DNA of 64,000 nt from the human T2T-CHM13v2.0 reference genome, Homo sapiens, in NCBI RefSeq assembly GCF_009914755.1, contig NC_060937.1. One strand, 5' to 3'. How positions within the stretch are numbered: position 1 is the first letter of the stretch; each line of letters begins with the position of its first letter. The translations under genes were made by a program, and so were the position numbers. The notes under the pieces are model-generated. The model was not told the DNA's origin. It made no database searches and was given only the letters and a program-made list of their open reading frames with translations. Shown here one piece after another: positions 14,633-28,288 of the stretch.

Positions 14633-16772
14633 TTGTCTTCCCTTGTGATCATTCTAGAACCTGAACCAAATTATGTATCATTAACCTATAGCAACATGAG
14701 TTATCCAGATAATTACTACATGAAATGTCCTGCTGTCACATCAAATTTCTTGGTGCGATTATTTAAATTTTCATGTGCCAGGTTTCCTTATTGTGTAGGT
14801 ATACACACACACAATTATTTAGTTGCATTACTCTGACAGCTGTTGCTCAGCACAAATGAAGATACTGAAGATCTACCTTTAAGATCTTTTTGAAATTTTA
14901 CCTAAAGTGACTCTCCTATGAACTACTGCTTGTTCAACTTCATGAATCTCCCAGAAAAGGTATTTTATAGTCTTAGGGGCATTGCTCTTCTCTAAACCAT
15001 AACACATAAGCTTCATCCTACCTTGTGAGTCTCTTGAAAGCATGAATAATGAGCTTGATTAGAACAAAAAATAATCCAAAATCTCCCTTGAATTGTTGGA
15101 TATTGATTCTCAAATCAAGACCCATTTTTTCTTTCTGAATAAGTTATTTAATAATTTCCTTTTAATAACAGTGTAAACTGATGGTGCAAAATGTACCCTG
15201 GTTGATATCAGGGAATGTCTTGAGGAAAGAAATTAGATTCCTAAGTTTGTGTCCAAAAAGAAGTAGGGGCCAGTTGGCTTTTGTGCCACAAATCTAATAT
15301 TGGGCATCTGAAGTCACACAATGATGTGTAATTGGTCAAATACTCCCTGTAGAATTGTTAAATAGTGTTGTTATGTTATGGTACCACTCATTCAAAATGT
15401 TCCTCTGCCAGGAAATTAAACTTGTAATAGAGAGATCATTAGGAAGATCTAAAGCCAAAGAGAAGTCTTACTTGTGAGATCTGTGAGAAAATGAGACAGG
15501 CTCCAAATATACACCATCTGTTCTCTGTTTCTTTTCCAAGTTCTATTTCTTAAAAGTTCAGTTACAACATGAGTCACTCATAGTTCACACATGAGGTCCT
15601 CAAGTCATATTTTATTGAGGAAAGTAATCCACTTTTCTATAAGTGATGTGATAAAATTTTTAGATATGCGGATGGTTAGCCTATTGTGTTTCCCATCTGT
15701 AAACTGATGCATAGGTTGAATCCAGTTAACCAGGACATCAACTGATTTATTGCAACTAACTACTTTTAAAGAAAACTGGTGTTTCTCAAAAACATGTGTA
15801 CAAACTCAACAATTTTTTGCATGAGATAGCTAGTTCACATGCCAGCTGTAGCCAAGTATTGAACTCATATCAAAGAGTGTTTAAAGAGGCAAAAAAGGCA
15901 ATATTAAGAATATAGGCTTGCTTTACAGCTAACAAAATTAAAGTTTCCCTTAACACAACAAGAAAGGAAAGGAGAAAAAAAGGAAAAGAAAAAGCAAAAG
16001 AATGCAGAATAAAATGTGACAATTGGTAGTTTTAGTTTGTGAATCTTAAGTTGAAGCCATCTACATCTCATATAGTTTTTGACTTGGTCCAGGGGTCTTG
16101 GGTGGAGTGTATCTCTTTATGAAGACCATATAATTCTAGAGTTTTTCGCATCAACCTCAGCTTGAAGACTCCAGAAGAAATTATCTTCCAATGATTCAAA
16201 GAAGGTTTAAGCCCTTTTGATTGGGAGATGATAACGCCTTGAAACCTTACTACTGTATTTATTGTTAATTGTATATAATGGAGTTTCTCCATCAGAGGGT
16301 AAGATCTGTCCATTTCTGATGCCTCATTCAGTAAGAGAGGTCTCCAGGTTTTAAGTCATGAAAGGTTATTTAGAAAAGCCTTCTCATATCTGTTGATAAC
16401 AGCCCTGAGTACATGGCTTCAGTACCCTACAAATTTTAGCCAGGTCTTGCAATAATGTGGCGTATAAAAATTGAGATGATGTCACAAGACATATAATCTT
16501 GCCTGTTACTATCTCCAAAGGAGAGACCTGATGATACCCAGAAGTAGCTGCTCTCGTTGTTATTAATCCAATGATAATTTAATGCTTGAAATTTGGAAAA
16601 TCTCTGAGAGTTTTGCTATTTTCATTGTAGAGTTATATTTGATCTTTCTACTTCTCTCAAAATTGCAAAGCTTTTATTACATCATTTCAATAAAAAAAAA
16701 AAGGGGTAACTTTCACTAGAAGCACCCAAGGGACAGGTTGAAATCCTTGGACTGGTAACAAAATATCAAGTA

Positions 16773-17106
16773 TAGCCAAGCCTTGGTATACCCATGGCAA
16801 ATTTGTTCCAATATCCTCAGTGGATACCAAAATCCATGGATGCTCAAGTCCCTGATATAAAATGGTGTAGTATTTGCAAATATTCTATTCATATCCCCCT
16901 GTATGCATTAAATTATTTCTAGATTATTTACAATACCTAATACAATGCCTACACATCATTTCATTCACATGAATTTAGCATAATATTTGGCACATGGAAA
17001 ATTCAGGTTTTCCTTTTTCAAGCTTTGTAGAATTTTGTGCCAAATATTTCTGATCCATGGTTGTTTGAATCTGCAGATGCAGAACCCATGGATACAGAGA
17101 CAACTG
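16773..17106 (+). mobile_element. MER2B-like TcMar-Tigger DNA transposon
   Basis: ggataccaaaatccatggatgctcaagtccctgatataaaatgg...gaacccatggatacagagacaactg, flanked by TA on both sides. Confidence 0.85.
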
Positions 17107-17537
17107 TAATTGTTTATCACTTTAGAACTCTCAGGCAATGAAAGGCTTCAATTTATCCTAAGAATAAGGAAACAGTGTCAGGCACATGTACAAAAGCCAT
17201 TCAAGATATTTACTTGAAATCTATTTGAAGGTGATCAAGGGGGAACTGAAATTTGAGCCTTTTCTACATCCCACCTTTACAGTTTTACCAAATTGTGTTA
17301 GTGATTAATGCAATATCCAACATACACAGCCTCATATCCAAGTGTTCCCACCAATGTTTACTGAGTGCAATAGCTACTTTTCTGTTGTGAGCAATTTTGT
17401 TTAGAGTTGTACACTTTCATTTTTGACACTCCTGTGTTTTTAAGCAGTCATCTTTGAAGATTATTCTTATGTGACCTGCATTTATATTTTTCCCAGTATC
17501 CATTTTATGACTCTGGAGCCAAATGCTGGTATATTAA

Positions 17538-17899
17538 TGTGTTAGCCCAGTCTCACACTGCTAAGAAGAAATACCCAAGACTGGGTAATTTATAAAGAAA
17601 AGAGATTTAATTGACCCACAGTTCCACTTGGCTTGGGTGCTCAGGAAACTTACAATCACAGTGGAAAACGCCTCTGCACAAGGCAGCAGGAGAGAGAACT
17701 AGGGCATGCAGGGGAAAGGCCAAATGCTTATAAAACCATCAGAGCTCGTGAGACTCACTCACTATCACAAGAAAAGTATAGGTGAAACCACCCTCATGAT
17801 CCAATTACCTCTACCTGGTCCCACCCTGGGCACCTGGGGATTATGGGGGTTACAATTCAAGGTGAGATTTGGATGGGGACACAGAGCAAAACCATATCA
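17538..17899 (-). mobile_element. THE1D-like solo MaLR LTR
   Basis: aaatacccaagactgggtaatttataaagaaa...ttataaaaccatcaga...aaaccatatca end. Confidence 0.88.
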
Positions 17900-17951
17900 A
17901 CTATAACTGAGCGTTTCAAGGATTTTCCTTGTTAGGTATCAGGAGGGCTAG

Positions 17952-18350
<399 letters not shown>

Positions 18351-21232
18351 TCATGTTATTTTCTTATACTCATCTCTTAATGAAGCATTAGAGCACACAA
18401 AGTCCTTTAATGCATTGACTGTTCTTACATGAGATCAACAACCTGCCTTGATTTTAAAGCAATTCTAAAATTATTGTCCAACCAAAAAGTTGATCTATTA
18501 TTTTTGTGTACAGTAACCATTCTGTCTCCAGCTAATTGACAAGCTTTGGTGAATGTGTCGATTTCAGCTTTCTGAGCAGATTTTGCCTCTGGCAGAGAGT
18601 CATATTTTAGGGATGAAGGAGTCATTCTGTCAAAGAATGTACCCACTGATTTTTTTTTTAAGTCTTATGATTAACCAATAATATAAACATTGTAAAGATT
18701 TTTCTAATAAATCTACCTGAATCATAGTTCATGGATAAAGGTTAGATAATCTTGAGTTTCCTTTTCTTCTTATAATGGAATAAAAGTAGCAGGAGCTTTG
18801 AGTATTACAATAAGGAATGAAAATGTGTGAGAAAATAAAATAATCAAATTTTAGAGGAGGTAAGCCTACTTGTTGATAAATGCGTATTTTCAGCAATCAA
18901 CAAATGTAAAATATAAAGGACAATCAAGTATAAAGAAGATTCTGGAATAATATTGTCAGAAGGCTTTGCTAATTTGTCTGCCATGATTATTACCCTTAAA
19001 CACAATTGGTTGGCTTTTGCCACAGAGTCAAGAAAGAGACTATATAGTTTGCTTTTGGTCATTCCCAAATCATTAATCCAGAACACTAAGGGCTCATCCA
19101 AAGAAACTCTCATGTATGAATAGATAGAATAGTTTACAATGATTAGGTAAGTCCATATCCAATGTTTTGAAGAACTGATTTTAGCTCTCTTTCATATATA
19201 TACAATCAGTCTCTCTTTAGATTTTCAAGGAAGAATCTCAGATACCAAGGACTTGGATAAGTCACATAGGTTTTGGTGACTGAGAAAAATTTAGACCCAC
19301 TCCCTGCTGTAGAAAATAAAATCTAGGATTTGTTTAACCATCCCTGTTATTGGCTTGAGGAAGTTATGAATAGCTTATAGTCTAAGAAACTGACTTACCT
19401 CCTTAGAATAAATCATGCCTAGGTTATAAACTTTACTTAGAAAAATTAGGATTTAAAAAAAATCTTACGATCTTTCTAAACTAAAATACTAAATACATAT
19501 ATAAAATCAGTTGCAGAGCTATCATTATCTTTAAAACACAACGAATAGTCATACACCTATGGAATAAGGGCAGAAATATAGGGAAATTATTATTTCTTAT
19601 TTGAGGAATTGTGAGAGGATTTCTTATTATACTTATGGGGCATAATAGTCTGCTTTAGTTTCCCACCCCCAACCCCTACCCACCCCCAGGAGAAGGCAAA
19701 GAAATATTGGTTATTTTGATCTAATTCTAAAGAGATACCCCAAAAAGCAGCACAGAGATCTACAACTGCAAAATATGTAGAGTCACAGTCAGGAGGTACT
19801 AACAATATTCAAATTCTGGCTTTGTAATATAGCAAAACAAAATGACTATTATATTGATTTATGACCCTCGGGTCATAAACAAACCTATATCTCTGCCCTT
19901 CCCGTTGTGTGTTTGACAGGGAGAGCAGAAATACTATAAGAACTAGGGAAAGTATGATAGGCCTAGTGTTGAATCTGTACTTCAGATTTATTGCTGAATA
20001 GAAATGGTAAGATTGGATATTTTTGCTTGATGCCTGATCTAGGTATAAAGCATTCGGTCTTTCACTATTAAGTATAATTTAATTTTATGTGGCTTATTTG
20101 TAGATGCCCTTTTATTAGGTTAGATAATTCCCTTCTGTTCCTATTCCTAAATTTTTTTAATCATAAAAGGGTGATGGATTTTGTGCAATGATATTTGTGT
20201 CTATTGAAATGATCATGTCTATTTTTGTCCTTAATTCTATATATTATGTATTAAATTAATTTATTTTGGGATGTTAAATGTACTTTTAGATGCCAAGAAG
20301 AATTGCCACTTCATCATTATATGTATTCTTTTTAAAATTGTTGCTGGTTTAAGTTTGCTAGCATTTAGTTGAGGATTTTTATGTCTATATTCATGAATGA
20401 TATTGGTCTGTATTTTTCTTGTGAAGTCTTTACTGGGTTTTGGTATCAGGGTAATAATAACCTCATAGGATGAACTGCAGAGTGTTCCATCCTCTTCTAT
20501 ACTTTGAAAGAAACTGTGAAATGTTAGTACTAATTATTCTTGAAATGTTTTGTAGATTTCAACATTGAAGCCATCTGGCCCTGAAATTTTATTTTGTTGT
20601 TGGAAGTTTTAAAATTATTATATCAACCTTTTACTCGTTTTAAATCTATTCAGATTATCTATCTATTCTTCAGAAGACTTGGTAGTTTGAATCTGTCTAG
20701 GAATTTGGCCACTGCATCAAAGTTATAACTTGTTAATATAGAATTATGGATAGTATTATTTTACTATAATTTTTGTATTTTTCTAAAGGCAATAAAATGT
20801 CTTTATTTTCATTCTTGATTTTGATTCAAGTCTTCTGTTGTTTTTTTTTTTTCCTCTTGGTCTAGCTAAAGGTATTTTATTATATTTATTTTAGTTTTTC
20901 AAAAAATACGTTTTTATTTTATTAATTTTCTCAAGATTTTTAACCATTCTCAATTTTAATAATATCAATTTTAAACTTTTTTATTTCCTTTTGATGGTTT
21001 TAGGTTTAAATTTCTCTTCTTTTTCTAGTTTTTGTGGTGTAAGCATAATTATTAATTCTTTGTCCTTATTTTTTAACATAGGAGTTTATATTTATAAAGC
21101 ATGACTTTTTTTTGCATAAGGTTTCGTATGTTGTGGTTTTATTTTTTTAATGTCAAAGTATTTTTAAATTTCCCTTATGACTTATTCTTTGACTCATTGG
21201 CAATTTGGGAGGGTATTTTTAATTTTTACATA

Positions 21233-21662
21233 CAGTCACTTGTTACATAAGAATGTTTTGGTTGACACAGGACTTCATATATTACTGTTGTCCCGTAAGA
21301 TTAAAATGAAGTTGAAAAAATTCTGTTCCCTAGGGATGTTGTTGTTGTCATACTGTTGTAGCATATAATATACTTATCTTTCTGTGTTTAGATATTTAGT
21401 ACATGAATGCCATTGTGTTACAATGTTTAGATATTTAGTCCATGAATAGCATTATGTTATAATTGCTACAGTATTTAGTGCAGTATCATGCTATATAGGT
21501 TTGCAGCCTAGGAGCAACAGGCTATACCATATAGCCTAGTTGTATAGTAGCCTGTATTAATTAGGTTTCTCTGAGTACACCCTATGATGTTTGCATAACT
21601 ACAAAATCACCTAATGAGCCATTTTTCAGTGCATATTCCTATCATTAAGTGATACATGACTG
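21233..21662 (+). mobile_element. Tigger3a-like DNA transposon
   Basis: TIRs cagtca...catgactg with TA flanks; internal gtttgcagcctaggagcaacaggctataccatatagcctag. Confidence 0.85.
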
Positions 21663-22659
21663 TATTGTGAATTACCTAAGTTTACCTATCATTTGATGTT
21701 TTACTTAATTTTATTGTGGTCAGAGCACATAATACATATGATTTTAATGTGTTTTAGTTCATTGAGGCTTGTTTTATGGTATATTATGTGGTCTATTTTG
21801 GAGAATGTTTCATAAATACATGAGAAGAATATATATTCTGCTGCTGCTGGGTGGGGTGTTCTGAAGATGTTTGTTAGGTTTAGTTGGTTTATAGTGTTCA
21901 AGTCTTCCATTTCCTTTTTGATCTTCTGTCTGGTTGTTCTCTTATTTAAAGTAGGCATTTAAGTCTCCAACTATTACTTTTGAATTATTTATTTATTCCT
22001 TTAATTCTGTCTGGTTTTACTTTATGTATTTTGAGTCTTTGTGTTAGAGGCTTGCATAATTTATTGTTATATATTCTTGATCAATTGACCTTATTATCAT
22101 TACTATAAAATATCCTTTTTTGTGTCTAGTAGCACTTTCTGTAACTACTTATATAACACTTTTAGTTACTTAAGGGAACTTTAACATTTACAGTCTAGTT
22201 TATCTGATTTTAGTATAGTTGTCCCAGTTCTCTTTTAAATACTCTTTCCATACTTATACATTCTTTCATTATTTTATTCATTCTATTTCTGATAAGCTCT
22301 ATATTTTCATTTTAGTGGCCAATTTCCATTTAATTTAATTACTGAAAAGGTAGGTTTTATGTCTGTTTTTCTGTTAATGATTTCGATATGTCTTCTGTCA
22401 TCTTTGTTCCTTTATTTCTCGATCCCTTCTTTCTGTGTGTGTGTTAAATAGATATTTTCAAGTGCACCCTTTTATTTTGCTTTTCTTTCCTTTATCTTTT
22501 TGAATTATTTTCTTAGTGGTTGCCTTGAAAATTAAAATTAGCATCTTAAAACAATCCATTTTGGAATGACACTAACATAATTTCAATAATATAGAAGAAC
22601 TTTGTTTAAATATTTTATCATTCTCTCCCTCTTTTTTTTCTTTATTGCCATATAAGTTG

Positions 22660-23110
22660 TGTCAGGCCTCTGAGCCCAAGCCAAGCCATCGCATCCCCTG
22701 TGACTTGCACCTATATGCCTAGATGGCCTGAAGTAACTGAAGAATCACAAAAGAAGTGAAAATTCCCTGCCCCGCCTTAACTGATGACATTCCACCACAA
22801 AAGAAGTGAAAATGGCCGGTCCTTGCCTTAAGTGATGACATTACCTTGGGAAAGTCCTTTTCCTGGCTCATCCTGGCTCAGAAAGCACCCCCACTGAGCA
22901 CCTTGCAACCCCCACTCCTGCCCACCAGAGAACAAAACCCCCTTTGACTGTAATTTTCCTTTACCTACCCAAATCTTATAAAATGGCCCCACCCCATCTC
23001 CCTTCGCTGACTCTCTTTTCGGACTCAGCCTGCCTGCACCCAGGTGATTAAATGCTTTATTGCTCACACAAAGCCTGTTTGGTAGTCTCTTCACACGGAC
23101 GCGAGTGAAA
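22660..23110 (+). mobile_element. Solo LTR7 (HERV-H LTR)
   Basis: tgtcaggcctctgagcccaagcc...cacacggacgcgagtgaaa, 451 bp. TSD AGTTG at 22655-22659 and 23111-23115; TATAAAA at 22977; ATTAAA at 23047. Confidence 0.97.
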
Positions 23111-23559
23111 AGTTGTATATGTATAAATTTTAAGACTATCAGTGCAGTTTTATGAAGTTTATGTAGTTGTCTTTTAAAATAGAAAGAAAAGGACATTATT
23201 AAAACTATAAATATGTCTATATTTTCTTTTGTAAATTCTTTATAGTTACCTTTACTGGAGATCTTTATTTCTCCGTGTGGATTTGACTTACTGTATAGTG
23301 ACTTTTCCTGTAACCTAAAGAATTCTTTTCAGTATTTTTTGTAGGACAGATCTACCAGCAAATATTTATCCCATGTTTTGTTTATCTGGAAATATTTCAA
23401 TTTACCTTTTATTTTTGAAGGAGAGTTCAGCTGAATTTAGAATTTTTGACTGGGGATCTTATTCATGAAAAATCATTCTTTTTACAGCTTGCAAGACTTT
23501 CCTTTGTCTTTATTGTTACTGCGAGTATTATGACACTATGTGAAACACTCTGTCAGTTT

Positions 23560-23700
23560 TTGTTTGTTTGTTTTTTGTTTGCTTTTTTCACTAGAGATAG
23601 GATCTCATTGTGTTGCCCAGGCTTGTCTTGAATTCCTGGACTGAAGCAATCCTCCTGCCTTGGCTGTCTCAATTACAGGCATGAACTATTGTACCTGGCC
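23560..23700 (-). mobile_element. FLAM (free left Alu monomer)
   Basis: gttgcccaggcttgtcttgaattcctgg...attacaggcatga...cctggcc; flanking direct repeat TCAGTTT. Confidence 0.8.
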
Positions 23701-25087
23701 TCAGTTTAGTTTACTATGAGGTTGATGAGTTTGTTTTATGTGTACATTAATATTTGTCGTCATATTTAGAAAATTTTCATCAATTTTTTTCAAATATGTT
23801 TTATGTCCCCCTTTCTTTTCTCCTTCTGAGAATTCCAGTATGTATTTGTTGATACATTTTTTTAAGTTCAGCAATTACTTTTTTTTGCATTTTAATTTTC
23901 AAATTTTTCTAATTATAATTGGTACGTAATAGATGTATATATTAATGGGGTGGCATGTGATGTTTTGATATAAGCATATAATGTGTAATAATTTTATCAG
24001 GGTAATTGAGGTATCCATCAACTCAAGCATTTATTATTTCTTTGTGTTAGGAACATTCTATTTCCACTCTTTTAGTCATTTAAAAATATACAGTATAATA
24101 TTGTTGACTAAGGTCACCCTGTTTTGCTATCAAATACTAAATCTTATTCATTCTACCTTACCATATTTTTACACCCATTATCCATCACCACTCCCTCCCC
24201 GACCCCCACCACACCCCTACCTCTTTCAGCCTCTGCTATCATTCTACTCTCTATGTCTATGTCCATGAAATAAATTGTTTTAATTTTCAGTTCTGCATAT
24301 GAATGAGAGAACATGCAAATTTGTCTGGCTTATTTCACTTAATAAAATGTCATCCAGTTCCCTAATGCTGTTGTAAGTCACAGAATTTTATTTTTCATGA
24401 CTGAATCATATTCCGTTGTCTATAACACCTTTTCTTTATCCTTTCATCTGTTTATGGACACTTAGGCTGATTCCAAATCTTGGATTTTGTGAACAATCCT
24501 GCAATAAACATAAGAGCACAACTATCTCTTCGATATACTGATTTCCTTTCTTTTGGATGTATACCTAGCAGTAGGATTGCTGGGTTGAATAGTAGTTGTA
24601 TTTGCATTGTTTTGGAAACTTCCATACTGTTCTACACAATGTCTCTCCCAATTTACATTCTCACTAACAGTGTATGAAGACTCCCCTCTCTCCACACCCT
24701 TGCCAGCATTCATTATAGCACGTATTTTGGATAAAAGCCATTTTAACGAGTTCTGATGATACCTCATTGTCGTTTAATTTGTATTTATCTGATGATTAAT
24801 AATGTTGAAAAATTTTTTTTGTATACATGTTGGCCATTTGTATGGCTTCTTTTGAGAAATATCTATTGAGATTTTTTACCCATTTTTAATTCGAGTTATT
24901 TAATTTTTTCTTATTAGTTTTTGAGCTTCTTATATATGCTGATTATGAATCTTTTGTCAGATAGATGGTATGAAAATATTTCCCCCCATTCTGTGGTTTG
25001 TGTCTTCACTTTGTTGATTGTTTCCTTTGCTGTGCAGATGCTTTTTATCTTGATATGATCCAATTTATCCATTTTTCTTTTGTTGCC

Positions 25088-25529
25088 TTTCATGCGCGTC
25101 TGTGTGAAGAGACCCCCCAAACAGGCTTTGTGTGAGCAACATGGCTGTTTATTTCACCTGGGTGCAGGTGGGCTGAGTCCAAAAAGAGTCAGCGAAGGGA
25201 GATAAGGGTGGGGCCGTTTTATAGGATTTGGGTAGGTAAAGGAAAATTACAGTCAAAGGGGGTTTGTTCTCTGGCGGGCAGGAGTGGGGGTCGCAAGGTG
25301 CTCAGTGGGGGTGCTTTCTGAGCCAGGATGAGCCAGGAAAAGGACTTTCACGAGGTAATGTCATCAGTTAAGGCAAGGACCGGCCATTTACACTTCTTTT
25401 GTGGTGGAATGTCATCAGTTAAGGTGGGGCAGGGCATATTCACTTCTTTTGTGATTCTTCAGTTACTTCAGGCCATCTGGGCAAGTCACAGGGGATGAGA
25501 TGGCTTGGCTTGGGCTCAGAGGCCTGACA
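25088..25529 (-). mobile_element. HERV-H 3' LTR7
   Basis: Direct repeat of the 5' LTR; AATAAA on minus at 25148-25153; PPT aagaaggcaggaa at 25530-25542. Confidence 0.97.
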
Positions 25530-26299
25530 TTCCTGCCTTCTTATATTAATAAGAAAAATAAAACAAAATAGTGTTGAAGTGTTGGGGTGGCGAAAATTTT
25601 TGGGGGTGGTATGGAGAGAGAATGGGCGATGTTTCTCAGGGCTGCTTCAAGCGGGATTAGGGGCAGTGTGGGAACCTAGAGTGGGAGAGATTAAGCTGAA
25701 GGGAGGTCTTGTGGTAAGGCGTGATATTGTGGGGATGTTAGAAGAAACATTTGTCATATAGAATGATTCGTGATGGCCTGGTACGGTTTTGTATGAATTG
25801 AAAAACTAAATGGAATAACAGAAGGAGAAAAACAGGTATAAAAGGTCTAAGAATTGGTACGACTCAGGATATCTGATTAGAGAGTGCTTAAGGAGATTCG
25901 GCATAGTCCTGCCAGCAAAGATTATTTATTTACTTCAAGAGTTAAGAATGGCAGTTTGGGGATAGCACCAGGAGATATCAGCTGTGATGGCTTGGAAAAA
26001 CAGTGTAAACCGGCAGTGTAAACAAGAGCAAGGCATGTATGAGTAGTTGAGAACGGTGAATAGGAGTACGACTAGACAGAAAATAGTAGGGATGACAAGT
26101 TTTTTTTTGGCGGGGGGGTACAGTCCAAGTTGGTCTGGTGTCTGGAATGAGACTGGGGCCTAATAAAAAGGAGCGTCTATACAGGAGCTTAAATGGACTG
26201 TACCCTGTAGCATTCCGAGGACAGGCCTGAATTCTGGGAAGGGAAAGTGGTAAAAGTATTGGTCCTTTTTAAGTTGGTGGCTGAGCTTGGTGAGGTGTG

Positions 26300-27910
26300 T
26301 TTTTAAAAGACCTTTAGTCCATTCTACTTTTCTTGAAGATGGAGGACCATAAGGGATATAAAGATTTCACTGAATACTAAGAGCCTGAAAAACTGCTTGG
26401 CTGATTTGACTAATAAAGGCTCGTCTGTTATCAGACTGTATTGAGGTGGGAGGGGTAAACTGAGGAATTATGTCTGACAGAAGTGAAGAAATGACTGTGG
26501 TGGCCTTCTCAGACCCTGTAGGAAAGGCCTTTACTTATTCAGTGAAAATGTCTATTTAGACTAACAGGTATTTTAGTTTCCTGACTCGGGCATGTTGAGT
26601 AAAGCTAATTTGCCAGGCCTGGGTGGGGGCAAATCCTGGAGCTTGATGTGTAGGGAAGGGAGGGGGCCTGAATAATCCCTGAGGAGTAGTAGAATAGCAG
26701 ATGGAACACTGAGAAGTTATTTCCCTGAGGATAGATTTCCACGATGGAAAGGAAATGAGAGGTGCTAAGAGGCAGGCTAGTGGCTTGTACTATAGCATAA
26801 CCTGCCTTTGCTGGTGTGTGGCGATTAGGCCTGGTGGAACCGCCATCAATAAATCAAGCGTGATCAGGGTGAGGAACAGGAAAGAAGGAAATTTGGGGAA
26901 ATGGGGTGAATGTCAGGTGGATCAGAGAGATACAGTCATGGGGGTCAGGTGTGGTATCAGAAATAATGTGGGAGGCCGGATTGAAGTCCAGGCCAGGAAC
27001 AACGGTAATTGTGGGAGACTCAACAAAGAGTGAGTATAGCTGAAGGAGCCGGGAAGCAGAAAGTACATGCATCAGGTACATGAGGAAGAAAATAGATTTT
27101 GGAAGTTATGAGAACTGTAGAGTGAGTTGAGCATAGTTTGTGATTTTGAGGGCCTCTAAAAGTATTAAAGCAGCGGCAGCTGCTGCACGCAGACATGAGG
27201 GCTAGGCTAAAACAGTAAGGTCAAGTTGTTTGGACAGAAAGGCTACAGGGTGTTGTCCTGGCTCTTGTGTAAGAATTCTGACCTCACTAACCACGCCTAG
27301 GAAGGAAAGGAGTTGTTGTTTTGTAGGAGGTGCTGGGGTTTGAGAGATCAGTCAGACATGATTGGCAGGGAGAGCACGTGTGTTTTTATGGGAATTATGC
27401 CGAGATAGGTAACAGATGAGGAAGAAATGTGGGCTTGATTGAAGTAATGGGGGCTGTCTGTGAAGCTTTGCGGCAGTACAGCCTAGGTAATTTGCTGAGC
27501 TTGATGGGTGTCAGGGTCAGTCCAAGTGAAAGTGAAGAGAGGCTGGGATTAAGGGTGCAAAGGAATAGTGAAAAAAGCATGTTTGAGATTTAGAACAGAA
27601 TAATGGGTTGTAGAGGCACGTATTGAGGACAGTATATGGGTTTGGCACCACAGGGTGGATAGGCAAAACAATTTGGTTGATAAGGCGCAGATCCTGAACT
27701 AACTTGTAAGGCTTGTCTGGTTTTAGGACAGGTAAAATGGGGGAATTGTAAGGAGAGTTTATAGGCTTTAAAAGGCCATGCAGTAGCAGGCGAGTGATAA
27801 CAGGCTTTTAATCTTTTTAAAGCGTGCTGTGGGATGAGATATTGGCATTGAGTGGGGTAAGGGTGATTAAGTTTTAATGAGATGGTAAGGGGTGCATGAT
27901 CGGTCGCCAA
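26300..27910 (-). pseudogene. pol: HERV-H pol remnant (frameshifted, internally deleted)
   Basis: ORF 27590-27910 opens with RT N-terminal-like ATDHAPLTISLKLNHPYPTQCQYLIPQHAL; only short broken ORFs follow. Left boundary approximate. Confidence 0.75.
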
Positions 27911-28063
27911 GGAGGGAGTAGAGGTATCTTATACTTGTGGGTTAAGGTGGGGGGATACAAGAGGAGGACGCAAAGGAGGCTTTGAATTGGGAAGAAGGGC
28001 GGCAATGAGATATAGCTGTAGTCCAGGAATAGTCAGGGAAGCAGATAATTTAGTTAAAGTGTC

Positions 28064-28288
28064 TCAGCCTAATAAGGGAACTGGGCAAGTGGGGATAACT
28101 AAAAAGGAGTGCTTAAAAGAGTATTGTCTAAGTTGGCACCAGAGTTGGGGAGTTTTAAGAGGTTTAGAAGCCTGGCCATCAATACCCACAACAGTTATGG
28201 AGGCAAGGGAAACAGGCCCTTGAAAAGAAGGTAATGTGGAGTGGGTAGCCTCCGTATTGATTAAGAAGGGGACGGGCTTACCTTCCAC
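28064..28288 (-). pseudogene. pro: HERV-H protease remnant
   Basis: FLINTEATHSTL at the position of the retropepsin L(I)DTGA motif (catalytic Asp lost); ITVVGIDG flap; CPVPLLG. Confidence 0.85.

Larger units (their letters stand above)
19990..23878 (-). mobile_element. Old L1 (L1M), ORF2 EN/RT to ORF1 region, interrupted by Tigger3, LTR7 and FLAM
   Basis: ORF 21701-21958 is L1 endonuclease (IFRTPHPAAAEYIFFS..FSKIDHI..SDHNKIK); antisense ORF2 motifs such as ggttttggtatcagggtaata and gaagccatctggccctg. Confidence 0.85.

Noticed and set aside
25540-26300. Possible intact HERV-H env
   Set aside because: The provirus is only ~5.85 kb and has no long minus-strand ORF here; at most a short remnant remains.
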